Below are positions 62,761-64,000 of a stretch of 64,000 bases of DNA, piece after piece (the stretch's first letter is position 1; each line of letters starts with the position of its first letter). This DNA is from Hypanus sabinus (Eukaryota). Under the pieces are notes generated by a model. It was not told the origin of the DNA. It searched no databases and saw nothing but the letters and a program-made list of their open reading frames with translations. The DNA lies in contig NC_082710.1 of NCBI RefSeq assembly GCF_030144855.1, positions 152,830,001 through 152,894,000 on the forward strand, in the 5' to 3' direction. The position numbers and the translations under genes are program-made.

Positions 62761-63203
62761 ATGCACGGAGTCACAGCACCGAATTAGATCTGGAAAGCGT
62801 CACTGTGGCAGGTGACTAGGTAAGAGCCATTGACGTCTTAGTTCCAAACAATCCTAGACTGAAGCATTCCCAAGTCTGGAGTTGGGGAGTAGGCAGAGGA
62901 TTGGGTTAGAGCCAGCGCAAATCCTGTGTGGACAGTGGGTTTGATTTTCACTGTTTCTCTGAATAGGTCAGTGGGGAATGAAGACTGGATAATGAGTTTA
63001 CATTGAAGGGTCAGAACTTAGCCAGATGATTAAGATGGAATTCTTGTAATTGGAGTTAAGGAAGGTAGAGAGCATAATGGAGAGTTGAAAGAACGAAGGA
63101 ATTTAAACTTGATACAACAAAATCAGATCCAATACAAGATCAAGATATTGGCAATATGCAAGTCACTGACACTCAAGGGACAGTGGAGATGAAAGACACT
63201 CAC

Positions 63204-63452
63204 TAATGAATATGGTGATTGGCTTCAGAAATGTCGAGAGGATCTCATGAAACACGTCAGTTATTTCTTTCTGTTCTTTCTGGTAGTCAGTCGATAAGCC
63301 ATCTGCGATCCACTGATGCTCGATTTCTACTTCACGGAGGGTGCTGTCATAGTAGTCAATCTGCAAGTCATCCAACATCCCAATCCTGAAGAAGGCTGGC
63401 AGTTCAGTAATGTTGATGGATTGGAAGTAGAAATACATCAAGCCGTGTGAGC
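63204..63452 (-). CDS. Gene B exon 2, MHC class I-like alpha1 domain
   Basis: Acceptor ttttactcag. Reads SHGLMYFY...ELPAFFRIGMLDDLQIDYYDS...HQWI. Donor A|GTGAGT. 249 nt and about 52% aa identity to gene A alpha1. Confidence 0.93.
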
Positions 63453-64000
63453 CTGAGTAAAATGAGAGAGAGAGAAAGAGAGGGAAGTGTTAGGAAACAA
63501 AGGATGCTCACAATTTCCAATGCATAACTCGGGAGTTTGATAACATACCACTTGAATGGATTAATACACATCCAAGCAGACATCCTACTGGATCAGGTGG
63601 CACCCCAACACCACTCCCCTTCTATAAAGCTCCCCAAACACGAGCAACAAACACTACTAAAACATGCCTCACTGCTCTGGCTGTGTACAAAATCCCAAGT
63701 AGATACTCAGAAGCCAATCCAACAGAACAACCAAAACCCCAGCAGAAAGGAGGTCAAGGGCAGCAGGTAAACAGGAGCCCCAACTCCCACTATAGGGTTG
63801 CTTCTAATTCAGAGGCAAACATACTGGAATATGTGTCCGCCATGATAGAGAGGAAGCCAAGGTTCAACTGGAAGCAAAAGAAATTTCCAGGGCACCAGTG
63901 TAGAAATTCTCATCATCACAGCAAAGGTGACAGAGAAAGGACAGAAAATTGGTCGTGGAGTCCCACAAGAGGCAGAGTGGGAGGATTAAAAGTAAAGATA

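Noticed and set aside
21627-63441. ORF-track entries 21627, 26010, 26984, 53235, 60581 and 63163 as stand-alone genes
   Set aside because: They are internal exons bounded by splice sites; their listed start codons are intronic or internal.

Overview
This is eukaryotic genomic DNA, most likely from a cartilaginous fish such as a ray. That assignment is inferred from the CR1, Penelope, Rex, Nimb and tRNA-SINE repeat landscape and from the MHC-type exons. The window holds a cluster of three paralogous non-classical MHC class I-like genes. Gene A is complete on the + strand: signal exon 9610-9685, alpha1 21697-21945, alpha2 25927-26196, alpha3 27012-27287 and a terminal coding exon 30415-30491, giving 315 aa. 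Gene B lies on the - strand, tail-to-tail with A: alpha1 63204-63452, alpha2 60601-60846, alpha3 53375-53650 and terminal exon 51045-51121; its leader exon was not found and probably lies beyond the window. Gene C is represented only by its last exons (2472 to about 3230, +). Genes A and B end in a short hydrophobic tail immediately followed by a stop, with no cytoplasmic domain, which resembles a GPI-anchor signal. They lack the classical peptide-anchoring residues. Both use a GC-AG donor after alpha2, and all three genes carry a small intron just downstream of the stop codon. Most remaining sequence is transposon-derived. This includes a young non-autonomous Gypsy LTR element (37372-41416) that appears to have captured a myosin heavy-chain rod fragment in frame. 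All exon calls, alignments and percentages were made by eye; repeat boundaries are approximate.
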